32,000 nucleotides of DNA from the NCBI RefSeq assembly GCF_021209385.1, contig NZ_JAJOIL010000032.1:6340-38339 (forward strand). The letters are read 5' to 3'. The DNA is from Seleniivibrio sp. (GTDB taxonomy: Bacteria > Chrysiogenota > Deferribacteres > Deferribacterales > Geovibrionaceae). The translations under genes were made by a program, and so were the position numbers. A model generated the notes under the pieces. It was not told where the DNA came from and did no database searches. It saw only the letters and a list, made by a program, of their open reading frames with translations. Below are positions 1-8,612 of the stretch, in pieces (the first letter of the stretch is position 1; each line of letters begins with the position of its first letter).

Positions 1-109
1 AGGGGTACAGGGCGGTAACAGGCTCGGCGGAAACGCAATCACCGATACAGTGGTATTCGGAAGAATTGCAGGAGCCAACGCAGCTTCTTACGCGGCATCA
101 GTTAAATAA
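1..109 (+). CDS. 3' end of a FAD-dependent fumarate-reductase / flavocytochrome-c-type flavoprotein (5' end outside window)
   Basis: Frame 2 reads [35 protein letters not shown] followed by TAA at 107-109. GGNRLGGNA...FGRIAG is the conserved C-terminal FAD-contact segment of the FAD_binding_2 fumarate reductase family. Confidence 0.6.
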   Translation, partial: GVQGGNRLGGNAITDTVVFGRIAGANAASYAASVK

Positions 110-141
110 ACTCTCCCAACAGAAGAGGGCGTACCATACAT

Positions 142-168
142 GGCTCCGGTATATGCCGGAGCCTTTAA
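142..168 (+). terminator. Rho-independent terminator candidate after the flavoprotein fragment
   Basis: GGCTCCGG (142-149), loop TATATG, CCGGAGCC (156-163), then TTTAAAAA. It lies 33 nt after the stop codon. Confidence 0.5.
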
Positions 169-180
169 AAAGCAACATTT

Positions 181-253
181 GCCGGAACGGTTTTAGTCAC
201 TGCCAGAAGCCGTAAGCTAACAAATCAGCTCTATACAATCGTTCCGGCTTTTT
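181..253 (+). promoter_or_regulatory. Long leader hairpin with U-tract immediately upstream of the MFS start (attenuator candidate)
   Basis: Positions 181-192 (GCCGGAACGGTT) pair with 237-248 (AATCGTTCCGGC; one G-T pair), closing a 44-nt loop. TTTTT at 249-253 ends 12 nt before the ATG at 266. Confidence 0.3.
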
Positions 254-265
254 CAGGTTTATAAA

Positions 266-1420
266 ATGAAAAACAGCGTAAGCTTTAAAGGGTTGTTTTA
301 TATCAACTTTGCAGTAACCTGCGGTTTCGGGGCTTTGGACATATTCATGACGCTGTATGTTATAGAGCTTGGAGCGAAAGGTTTTCTGGTCGGTGCACCT
401 GCAATGCTTTACGCTCTGACGAAAATTATATGCGGGTTATCCCCTTCTGAAAGACTTCTTGCAATGGGGAGCAAAAAGCTGCTCATTTTTTCTCTTTTAT
501 TATTCTTTATTGCTGCTTCCGGCTATTTTATTACGGAAAATTTATACGCTCTGATCCTTTTCAGAATTCTTCACGGCTTCGGAACCGCAGTCTTCAGACC
601 GGTTCTCACGGCAAGTCTCTCTTCATGCACGGCAAAGGATGAACGCGGCAGGAAACTGGGTCTTTTCGATACGTCTTTTTATGCGGCTCTGGGCATCGGT
701 CCCGCAATAGGCGGTACTGTCAAGAGCATTTACGGATTCAAAGGATTATTTGCGCTCGTCATGATTCTCTCTTTTTCGGCATTGATAACCGCTCTCTTCA
801 TCAGGATAGGAAACATAGGCAAACCTGAAATATCAGGTAAATCCGCCGTTTTTACCAGCAGAGTGATTGGAATGAATATCTTTATTTTCGGAAGGGGTTT
901 CGGCATAGCATCTTTTTTCAGTTTTCTCCCTCTGCTGGCATGCAGTAAATTTGCAAACGGAGAACATACTGCCGGAATCGCGGCGGGTCTGGTGACACTG
1001 GTTTCATCGGCATTCATTACATTCGCAGGCAGACTTGCAGACAGAATGGATATCAGAAAACTTATAATTTCCGGAGGCACCGGATTGGCAGCTGTATATT
1101 GCCTCCTGCCCGGTTCGTCAGGAATAATAAGTTTTACGGCTTTGTGCTGTGCGGCGGGATTTTTCAGTATTGTAACTCAGCCGGCATGTTCTGCGGCATT
1201 AATGGAAAAGAACACACAGGAAAATACTTACAGACAGGCATCGGTTTTTAATTCATTCATGAACATGGGTTATGCGCTCGGGGCGCTTTCATCCGGTTTA
1301 ATCTATTCGGCTTCCGGTACGGAACAGGTATATTACACAGCGGCACTTGTCGGCATAACATGCTCTGCGGCATCATGGGCTGTAATGTACAGTGCTGAAA
1401 AGTCTGAAAGTCTTTCATAA
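266..1420 (+). CDS. MFS transporter (384 aa), paralogue of 13731-14918
   Basis: ATG start. Polytopic hydrophobic protein with about 12 predicted TM segments. Clear similarity to the second MFS ORF (ILHGFGTAVFRPVL...GRKLGLFDTSFYAALGIGPAIGG versus VVQGISCALFRPIM...GKILGTFDISFYSALALAPLVGG). Confidence 0.8.
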   Translation: MKNSVSFKGLFYINFAVTCGFGALDIFMTLYVIELGAKGFLVGAPAMLYALTKIICGLSPSERLLAMGSKKLLIFSLLLFFIAASGYFITENLYALILFRILHGFGTAVFRPVLTASLSSCTAKDERGRKLGLFDTSFYAALGIGPAIGGTVKSIYGFKGLFALVMILSFSALITALFIRIGNIGKPEISGKSAVFTSRVIGMNIFIFGRGFGIASFFSFLPLLACSKFANGEHTAGIAAGLVTLVSSAFITFAGRLADRMDIRKLIISGGTGLAAVYCLLPGSSGIISFTALCCAAGFFSIVTQPACSAALMEKNTQENTYRQASVFNSFMNMGYALGALSSGLIYSASGTEQVYYTAALVGITCSAASWAVMYSAEKSESLS

Positions 1421-2101
1421 CTTTTTAACATATCTTCTTTCGGGTCTGCCGATGGTTCCGTATTCAAGTTTTATATCAAGTATATTCAGGCTGTACAGAT
1501 ATTCCAGATACTTTCTGGCGGTTGTTCTGCTCAATCCGGCGGCAGAACCGACTTCGGAGGCGCTTAAACCCTGTTCCTGGCAGTTTTCAAAAACCTGCGC
1601 AACTTCATCAAGCGTAATGGCTTCTATCCCCTTGGGCAGATCCAGCCTTTGCTGACGGAGTTCACGGACGACCCCGAAAACAGCATCAGCACTCTCCTGC
1701 GTAAGTGTCTTTTTCCCTGAAAGAATACTGTATCTCTGTTTATACTTTTCAAGTGCGGCAGTAAACCTCTCGAAGAACACCGGCTTGATTATATAATCAA
1801 AGGCGCCACCTTTCAGTGCTTTGTTTATGTTCTCAGAATCGTTTGCCGCTGTAATAAGTATAACGTCAACATCCGCATGTTCGGAACGAAGAGTGTAAAG
1901 CAGATCCATTCCGTTCTTGTCGGGAAAATACAGATCCAGCAGGATAAGCTTCGGCTTTATCTCCCTGACCATAAAAAGAGCATCATCTATATTTCCGGCG
2001 ATTCCGATAAGGGAGAATCCCTCGACCTTCTGAAGGTACATTGCATGTATCTTCGCAACTCTGGTGTCATCCTCAACGATAAGCACATCAATGGTGTCCA
2101 T
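1415..2101 (-). CDS. Response regulator, CitB/DcuR family (receiver + C-terminal HTH)
   Basis: MDTIDVLIVEDD...LILLDLYFPD receiver motifs and a C-terminal GLSASEVGSAAGLSRTTARKYLEYL HTH. The ATG at 2101 follows GGGGG and lies 1 nt after the kinase stop. An alternative ATG at 2113 overlaps the kinase 3' end. Confidence 0.85.
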   Translation of the reverse strand: MDTIDVLIVEDDTRVAKIHAMYLQKVEGFSLIGIAGNIDDALFMVREIKPKLILLDLYFPDKNGMDLLYTLRSEHADVDVILITAANDSENINKALKGGAFDYIIKPVFFERFTAALEKYKQRYSILSGKKTLTQESADAVFGVVRELRQQRLDLPKGIEAITLDEVAQVFENCQEQGLSASEVGSAAGLSRTTARKYLEYLYSLNILDIKLEYGTIGRPERRYVKKL

Positions 2102-2102
2102 T

Positions 2103-3659
2103 TCAACCCCCATGATTTTTCGGAATTATTACGGTAATAAGCGCTCCGCCCATATCTCCGTCTTCTATAGTAACCGAGCCTTTAAGGTATGTTACCGCAT
2201 TTTTCATAAGATACATTCCAAGTCCTCTGCCTTTCTGACTTTTAGACGAATAGCCCCTTTCAAATACTTTCTCCCTCAGGTGGACAGGAATTCCCGATCC
2301 GGAATCTTCCACCTCAAATATCAGATCCTTACCGTAATCCGACATCGAGAGTGTAACAACATGTTGAGTTTTATTCTCGAGAGAAGCATCAAAAGCATTA
2401 TCTATAATATTGCCGACAATTGTCAGAAGATGAGTTCTGCTGATACTCTTCGGCACATCGAGCATACTGCTCTCTTCATCAATACGGAATTTTATCTTCT
2501 TTTCTGAAGCTGTCATATATTTTCCGAGTAAAAGAGACATCAACGCATGATCAGAAACGATTGTTTTCAGATTATGCGCAAGATATTTCTGCTCTTCGCT
2601 CAGCTCCATAATATATTCCAGCAACCCGCCGTATTCTCCCATCTGAACCATGCCCACTATCGCATGCATACGGTTATTGAACTCATGGGTCTGAGCACGC
2701 AGCATCTGCGCATATTCCTGAACCTGAGTAAGCTCTTTTGCAATCTGCTCGATCTCATCCTTTTTTCTTATCGTTGCAACAAAACCGATTATCTCTTTGC
2801 TCATAAAAAGGGGCATTATGTTCATAAGCAGTTCTGTCCCGTTGTAAACAACTTCCATATCTTTCAGTTCGCCGTTGCTGCCGGTTAATTTCAGTTCCGG
2901 AACTATTTCCTGAAATTTCATCCCTTTGATATCACCGAATATCTCTGTTGATTTACCATTCATGAGTTTAACTCTGCCTTTTATGTCCGTGGAGACAACA
3001 GCCTCTCTGATAGATTCCACAATTGCTGAAAGCTCCTGAAACATAACGGCAATTTCATAAGGTTCAAGCCAGAATATTGATTTTTTGATTTTTTTGGCGA
3101 TGATCACAGCGGAAATCAAAGCAAATGTTATGAAAATAAAGATAAAAAATACCATGTTGCTGAAATATTTGCTGATGACTGTCTCCACCCAGAAAAGAGG
3201 ATAGCTTACTGCGGCTGCGCCTTCTCCTTTGTTGATGGGACCGACAGCTGTTATCGCCGGCATATTATTTATTCTGTCATGAAGAATATAAAATGACTTT
3301 GATTTCGCAGCCTTGTCCAGCGCCAGTGAAACCTGAGCTTCTCTCGGTGCTTTTTCGGGAAAATATCTGACTTTTCCGTTAACCAGAATGACCACTCTTT
3401 CAGCGTTTATCTCCTGCCTGAAAGTTTCCGGTTTATACTCCAGATCAGCATTATCCTGAAATATGAAATGCGATATGCCATAAACCGCCTGAACGGCTCT
3501 GCTTTCCGTCTGTTTCACGGCAACATCGAAAAGCATACGGGAAACAACCCCGCCGAATGTCACAACAATAATGATGATCAGGCTGAGAACCACCAGCACA
3601 ACGGTATCAAGCAAAGTACCCTTTTTAAATATCTTTAAAACGTTTCCCGGCAAATTCAT
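2103..3659 (-). CDS. Sensor histidine kinase, DcuS/CitA family
   Basis: Two TM segments flank a periplasmic domain of about 130 aa. A cytoplasmic PAS domain follows, then the SpoOB-like phosphoacceptor box HEFNNRMHAIVGMVQMGEY and the HATPase motifs NIIDNAFDA, EDSGSGIP and GRGLGM. Confidence 0.85.
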   Translation of the reverse strand: MNLPGNVLKIFKKGTLLDTVVLVVLSLIIIIVVTFGGVVSRMLFDVAVKQTESRAVQAVYGISHFIFQDNADLEYKPETFRQEINAERVVILVNGKVRYFPEKAPREAQVSLALDKAAKSKSFYILHDRINNMPAITAVGPINKGEGAAAVSYPLFWVETVISKYFSNMVFFIFIFITFALISAVIIAKKIKKSIFWLEPYEIAVMFQELSAIVESIREAVVSTDIKGRVKLMNGKSTEIFGDIKGMKFQEIVPELKLTGSNGELKDMEVVYNGTELLMNIMPLFMSKEIIGFVATIRKKDEIEQIAKELTQVQEYAQMLRAQTHEFNNRMHAIVGMVQMGEYGGLLEYIMELSEEQKYLAHNLKTIVSDHALMSLLLGKYMTASEKKIKFRIDEESSMLDVPKSISRTHLLTIVGNIIDNAFDASLENKTQHVVTLSMSDYGKDLIFEVEDSGSGIPVHLREKVFERGYSSKSQKGRGLGMYLMKNAVTYLKGSVTIEDGDMGGALITVIIPKNHGG

Positions 3660-3744
3660 TTTATTTACTTATCCTCTGGCGGCAAGGTCAGAAAAATGCT
3701 ATAGTTTTAATATATTTAACCACGCATGAGGTCTTGTTTGCAAG

Positions 3745-4179
3745 ATGATTCACAGGTTATCGTACATATTCCTATACACGATTGCACTGGCTAACGCAGC
3801 ATCCGCAGTTTTTCAATATTATCATGAAAAAATGCTCTCGTTTGCTGTTATTCTGCAACTGATCACAGCCGTCGTAACAATCATATCAATCTCTTTTGTA
3901 AAAAGCAGGGAGAATACGGAACGTATTGAATCATATCTTTCACTTAAATTAACGGTTTTCATAATCGTTTATGCAATATCCATACCACTCTGCGGGTATC
4001 TTTTAAGCACGACTATTTTTGTTTACCTCATAAGCCGCGACTATTCAGTCAACTGGACAGACTGCATGCTGACGGCACTTATATCATCGCTTATCATTTA
4101 CAGTTTCTTCTTATACGGGCTGCATTTTACCCCGCCTCTCGGCAGACTGTTCACCTTTATGGGGGGCGCGTTATGGTAA
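3745..4179 (+). CDS. Small 4-TM membrane protein, TctB-like (tripartite tricarboxylate transporter small subunit)
   Basis: 144 aa with about 4 hydrophobic helices. The C-terminal pattern ...IYSFFLYGLHFTPPLGRLF resembles the TctB end motif. It neighbours a TctC gene and its stop overlaps the next ORF's start. Confidence 0.45.
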   Translation: MIHRLSYIFLYTIALANAASAVFQYYHEKMLSFAVILQLITAVVTIISISFVKSRENTERIESYLSLKLTVFIIVYAISIPLCGYLLSTTIFVYLISRDYSVNWTDCMLTALISSLIIYSFFLYGLHFTPPLGRLFTFMGGALW

Positions 4180-5315
4180 GCACTAAGCTGTGTATATTCC
4201 TCTTTACGCTTCTCGGAACCCTTTCGATGGTATTTCCGGCTATGCTCCGGCTGAGAAGGAGCGAGGCACTCGGAATATCTGTTCTTTTTATAGGAGCCTT
4301 CGCGCTGCCCAGAGAGAACGTTATCGCATATACAGTTGCGGCAGTCTCCTCGACTTTCTTTTATTATTCACTCACAGGGAAAGAGAAACTGGGCAGAGAA
4401 CGGCTTATTAAACTTGCTGTGTGTTTTTCGGCAGGCATGGCGCTGACTTTTGCCGGTTCGTTTTTCTCCGGTCTTGCGATATATATGCGTTCGGGCGGAA
4501 TGCTTGCGGCAATCCTGCTGTCCGTTATAATCTATATAACCATGAACCGCGGACGCAGAGCGGAAACAGCCGCCGGTATATTTTCCGGAATGAGTATCTT
4601 TTTTGTGACGGCTGGCATAGAGGGACTTGCCAGCACCTCTTTCACAGGTGAAAGAGGACTTATGATCGCACTGGTATCACTTCTCATACTCCCGAAGATT
4701 TATGTAGGTCGTCTTTGGGACGAACAGGAACTTAAACCTTCCGCCGGGATTTTCATAGCACTGCCCATCCTTTTTTTCTCATCGGTGCCGGTAAATTTTT
4801 CAACATCCGCAGTGCTTGCGGCATTCAACAACAGCAGCATTGTGACCGGAGGTTACATCAGCATAGCGGAAGAACCTTTCCAGAGCGCGTTTACATGGTC
4901 AATGTTTTTTTCCATATTACTGATAGTTTCAGTTTTATACTCCGCAAAGTATCTGAAAAGATACAAAATCTCGGTACCAGTCACAGCTGTCAGATTCGGC
5001 AGACCATTCATGGTGGCACTCAGTCTGGCAATGCTTATCATGCACGGAGCAGCATGGCAGGAGATTTCCGCTGCGGCAATTATGAGCTTCTTTGGATTTG
5101 TTCTTTATAAATCATTCATAACACCGGAAGCGGTGTTCATGGGATACAGCATATGTGCAGTTATAAGGGAAGAGAGCATCAAAACCGGAATGGCTGCCGC
5201 AGAAACAGGCTACATTCATTATTTTATGAACCTGCCCTTTCAGGGAATAGCCGCAATAACCATTATAGCAATAGCAGCCTATATCACTAACGGATGGGGA
5301 AGAGACCGTAAATAA
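4173..5315 (+). CDS. Polytopic integral membrane protein of unknown family (380 aa)
   Basis: ATG preceded by GGGGGG. It overlaps the TctB-like gene by 7 nt, suggesting translational coupling. About 10 hydrophobic segments. I could find none of the G-x3-G-x3-PG-type TctA motifs. Confidence 0.6.
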   Translation: MVSTKLCIFLFTLLGTLSMVFPAMLRLRRSEALGISVLFIGAFALPRENVIAYTVAAVSSTFFYYSLTGKEKLGRERLIKLAVCFSAGMALTFAGSFFSGLAIYMRSGGMLAAILLSVIIYITMNRGRRAETAAGIFSGMSIFFVTAGIEGLASTSFTGERGLMIALVSLLILPKIYVGRLWDEQELKPSAGIFIALPILFFSSVPVNFSTSAVLAAFNNSSIVTGGYISIAEEPFQSAFTWSMFFSILLIVSVLYSAKYLKRYKISVPVTAVRFGRPFMVALSLAMLIMHGAAWQEISAAAIMSFFGFVLYKSFITPEAVFMGYSICAVIREESIKTGMAAAETGYIHYFMNLPFQGIAAITIIAIAAYITNGWGRDRK

Positions 5316-6281
5316 TCATTTACGGAATTTCTTACCTTTTACAACAGATTTGTAAACCTCGTACTGACCGTTAATAAAACGTTCCGCATAAATCGTATCG
5401 GTTATCCCGTCATCATTGCCGCTCAGCATCATTTGGTACTCTTCTGACTGCATAACTTTTCTGACGGATTCATTGATATATCTGCGTATGTATTTAGGTG
5501 TTTCCCGCCTGACCATAAACGCCCGCCAGCTGGTTATCGGAGTGTTCAGTCCGAGTTCGCCGGAACAGGGAACATCTTTCAGCATCCTGAGCCTTTCGTC
5601 GCCAAGCACCAGAACCGGTTTTACCAGCTCTTTATTTATCATGGGCAATGCGGAAATAACTTTATCTATGTATACTGAAGTTTCGCCGGAAACTATCCCC
5701 GCTTTCGCTTCTGCACCGGATTTATAAGGAACAAGTCTGAAATCCACACCTGTGCTTTCAGCCAGAAGCGAAACCGCAATGCTGTCAAGACCGCCCTTGC
5801 TTATTCCCGATACCAGCACAACCTTGCCCTTTTTTGCCTTCATCATATCCTCAAATGACCTATATTGGCTGTCTTTTGAAAAAGATACGATGTAATTGTC
5901 TGACTGTATTTTTGCTATCGGAACGAAATCCTGCATCAGTTTTTTCTTTCCGCCGTTTTCCAGAATATCGTGTATTATGATTGAAGGAGTTATTTCAAGA
6001 ATGGTATAGCCGTCGGCGGGACTTCTCTGAGCTTTCTGCATTGCATATTGTCCGCCCTGACCAGATATGTTGGCAAAGGTTATTCCGTAATGAAAATCTT
6101 TTTGCATCAGCCGGCTGAAATCGCGCACAAATATATCGCTGGCTCCTCCCTCTCCGAAAGGAATGATTATCTCCACAGGTCTTTCAGGATAGTCCCCCTC
6201 GTTGACCAGTCTCGATTCAATATCGTTCTGGGATTTACAACCGCAAACAGCAAGCAGCAGCAATATCAAAATATATCTCAT
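5316..6281 (-). CDS. tctC: Tripartite tricarboxylate transporter substrate-binding protein (TctC/Bug family), probable lipoprotein
   Basis: YPERPVEIIIPFGEGGASDIFVRDFSRLM...GQGG...PADGYTIL is the family signature. The N-terminus MRYILILLLLAVCGC looks like a lipoprotein signal. Confidence 0.85.
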   Translation of the reverse strand: MRYILILLLLAVCGCKSQNDIESRLVNEGDYPERPVEIIIPFGEGGASDIFVRDFSRLMQKDFHYGITFANISGQGGQYAMQKAQRSPADGYTILEITPSIIIHDILENGGKKKLMQDFVPIAKIQSDNYIVSFSKDSQYRSFEDMMKAKKGKVVLVSGISKGGLDSIAVSLLAESTGVDFRLVPYKSGAEAKAGIVSGETSVYIDKVISALPMINKELVKPVLVLGDERLRMLKDVPCSGELGLNTPITSWRAFMVRRETPKYIRRYINESVRKVMQSEEYQMMLSGNDDGITDTIYAERFINGQYEVYKSVVKGKKFRK

Positions 6282-6320
6282 AATTAAGAATATTCTCTAA
6301 AATATACATAATCAATAAAA

Positions 6321-6348
6321 AAAAGATGCCGCATACACGGCATCTTTT
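6321..6348 (-). terminator. Rho-independent terminator after the OprD-type porin gene
   Basis: On the minus strand: AAAAGATGCCG, loop TGTATG, CGGCATCTTTTTTTT. An 11-bp stem including A-T pairs with a long U-run, 26 nt after the porin stop. Confidence 0.7.
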
Positions 6349-6373
6349 CAAAATAAAGCAAAAGGAGGATAAT

Positions 6374-7624
6374 CTATTTAGGTGTTGAAGATGCTCCGAA
6401 TTCAAAAGAATATGTTGCGTATACTCTTTTGTCTGTGTAATCGACGCTTTTATGTGTGCCGTCGGTGTTGATATCCGCATAACGGAATCTTAAAGCAAGT
6501 CCTTTAAGAGCCTTAAAGGGGAGCTTATATGTCAGGTCATAATCAAGTTCTTTTGCATCATACCCGGCATTGTCGCCTGAATCCGGTGTGTCATAATCCG
6601 CGTAGAATATTGCAAATTTAAGCCCTTTTGCGCCGAGTTTTGAAAAATCATATCCAAGTTTAACGCCATATGCAGTCTCTTCGGCTCTTTGTGAGCTGAG
6701 AACCTGCTGAACTAAGATCTTTGAATGTCCCCACGGTGTGGAAAGCGCATCATCTCCGGTCTTAGCATAATACAGAGAAAGAGAGGCATCGCCGTATTTG
6801 GCTGTACCGACAGCTCCGTATTGGTGAGTATCCAGATCGCCGCCGTCTTTATCGCCGATTGCTTTCTGAATGAGATATGAAGGTTTAAGGCTGAGGGAAA
6901 CTTTACTGAATTTTGAAGAGAGTTCAACTGCACTGTAAGTAAAGCCGAAACCGTCCTCAATTGTATAATACCACGCCTGAGGAACAACTTTAACGCCTTC
7001 AGCCGCATTCCATGTGTACATTAATCCTGCGGCATAGAGGGGATTATCATCCATATTATTGTTAAATGAAGATGCTATGTCGGTAAATTCAGTATCAGTG
7101 CGATCCAGAGTATCTGTTAAATAGTACAGTGAAGCCTCAAGGTTCGGAACTGTATTATTCACAACCGACAGACCTTTATAGGTTTTCGGAAGCATTCTGG
7201 TATCAAATCCGTTAACAAAAGGAGTATCAACCTCCTGTGCGCCGTACTTGATTTTTGTATCAGCCCACTCACCCTGAATGAAATATTCACCGAGCTTAGT
7301 TAAGCTCTTGTGAGACTCAGAGGAGGAGTTCTGCAACAGATCATATCCGCCCTTGTCGTCGTCACTGTTGATGTTGTTTGATGTATAAAACCCTACACCA
7401 AGTGAAATTCCGTAAAGAGGAGCGGTCTTATAATGGAATATGCCGCCGATCGCCTGTTCGCCAAGATCCTGTTTTGAGCCGTCATAATCCCTTTCAAAGA
7501 ACATGGTTCGGATCTCTGCCGATCCGCTGCCCTGAGAAAACATTTCGCCGATATTAGTTGCCGCATTTGCTGAAACAGTTATTAAGCAGGTCAGCAGTGC
7601 GCTGAAAAAAAACCTGGTTTTCAT
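6374..7624 (-). CDS. OprD (Occ) family outer-membrane porin, 416 aa
   Basis: Signal peptide MKTRFFFSALLTCLITVSANA. OprD-like motifs: AEIRTMFFERDYDG, GISLGVGFYTS, KIKYGAQEVDTPFVNGFDTRMLPKTYKGLSV. GGAGG RBS. Paralogue at 16913-18142. Confidence 0.75.
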   Translation of the reverse strand: MKTRFFFSALLTCLITVSANAATNIGEMFSQGSGSAEIRTMFFERDYDGSKQDLGEQAIGGIFHYKTAPLYGISLGVGFYTSNNINSDDDKGGYDLLQNSSSESHKSLTKLGEYFIQGEWADTKIKYGAQEVDTPFVNGFDTRMLPKTYKGLSVVNNTVPNLEASLYYLTDTLDRTDTEFTDIASSFNNNMDDNPLYAAGLMYTWNAAEGVKVVPQAWYYTIEDGFGFTYSAVELSSKFSKVSLSLKPSYLIQKAIGDKDGGDLDTHQYGAVGTAKYGDASLSLYYAKTGDDALSTPWGHSKILVQQVLSSQRAEETAYGVKLGYDFSKLGAKGLKFAIFYADYDTPDSGDNAGYDAKELDYDLTYKLPFKALKGLALRFRYADINTDGTHKSVDYTDKRVYATYSFEFGASSTPK

Positions 7625-7813
7625 AATACCTCCTTAAAGTATAACAAAATTCAAGTATTCATAAAACCTGCCTAATCATATAACTGATTGATATTATGTC
7701 AACTTTGTGGTGTTATTGAGCTTTATGGCTATATAATCATTTATGGTGTTTTTGGCGGCAGAAATGTGAAAGCTGTGTATTGGATGGAGGAAAGCTTATC
7801 GTCCTAAATGAAT

Positions 7814-7843
7814 TCAGGCATCAGCAGAAATGCCGATGCCTGA
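7814..7843 (-). terminator. Hairpin downstream of the cytochrome c gene (weak terminator candidate)
   Basis: TCAGGCATC (7814-7822) pairs with GATGCCTGA (7835-7843) around a 12-nt loop. The trailing sequence on the minus strand is only partly T-rich. Confidence 0.35.
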
Positions 7844-7875
7844 TGACTATAAAAAACACTACAGGGAAACGCTTG

Positions 7876-8538
7876 TTATTTAACTATTTTCTGTTTCCAG
7901 ACAAATCCCCACTGATGGCATTTTACGCAGTAGTCCTTAAAATCACCGTGCATGCTGTGGCATTTCGTACAGGTGAGGTTCGGGAAATGCGATTTATGGG
8001 GATTAGCCTTATAAGGAGCTTTGGCTGTTTTTGCCATCATCTCGTTAAAATCTCCGTGACATCCCACGCATTTTTTATGCATTTCGTCAGCTTCGTCTTC
8101 GTCGTATGTTTTGTGGCAGTCGGCACACATCAGTCCGGCATTTTTATGTGAATTTGCTAATTTTCCTGTGGTATAGAGTGAATTAAACTTTTCCGCTCCG
8201 TCTTCAGAGTCAATTTTTGCACCGCTGGCGGAATTTACCGTGATATTTCCTTCTGAATCTGCCACATGGCATGACAGGCAGGTATCTTTAACTATCTCCA
8301 TCTGAGCGAAATGGACATTATGTATTTTGCCGCCCAGTTTCGGACCTTTTCCGCCGTCCGCGTGGCAATCGAAACAGCCTTCAAATGCTGTTTTCTTCAC
8401 ATGTTCTTTCGGAAGTATCTTGCTGACACTCTCGTGGCAGTCCTTGCATCTGAATCCTATTTCCGCGGCATATCCCCATGAACAGACGAAAAGAACAACA
8501 GCGGCAATAAGGGTTAATCTATATTTATACAGAGACAT
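7876..8538 (-). CDS. Heptahaem c-type cytochrome (periplasmic or membrane-anchored)
   Basis: Seven CXXCH motifs: CKDCH, CFDCH, CLSCH, CADCH, CVGCH, CTKCH, CVKCH. N-terminal hydrophobic segment LTLIAAVVLFVCSWGYAAE. The ATG at 8538 sits 6 nt after AAGGTG; the ORF-track start at 8547 is a GTG. Confidence 0.9.
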   Translation of the reverse strand: MSLYKYRLTLIAAVVLFVCSWGYAAEIGFRCKDCHESVSKILPKEHVKKTAFEGCFDCHADGGKGPKLGGKIHNVHFAQMEIVKDTCLSCHVADSEGNITVNSASGAKIDSEDGAEKFNSLYTTGKLANSHKNAGLMCADCHKTYDEDEADEMHKKCVGCHGDFNEMMAKTAKAPYKANPHKSHFPNLTCTKCHSMHGDFKDYCVKCHQWGFVWKQKIVK

Positions 8539-8564
8539 TGTTTTCACCTTAATTAAAATATGTT

Positions 8565-8593
8565 AAAAAGCGGGCGCTCCGAAGAACGCCCGC
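8565..8593 (-). terminator. Rho-independent terminator after the OM barrel gene
   Basis: On the minus strand: GCGGGCGTTC, loop TTCG, GAGCGCCCGC, then TTTTTAA. It lies 20 nt after the stop at 8613. Confidence 0.7.
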
Positions 8594-8612
8594 AAGTCTA
8601 TAGGAGGCTGTT

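Noticed and set aside
7688-7702. TTGAT-ATTAT-GTCAA upstream of the first porin gene, read as an FNR/CRP-family site.
   Set aside because: The half-site spacing is 5 nt rather than the 4 nt of TTGAT-N4-ATCAA, and one half-site is imperfect. This is too weak to call in an AT-rich region.
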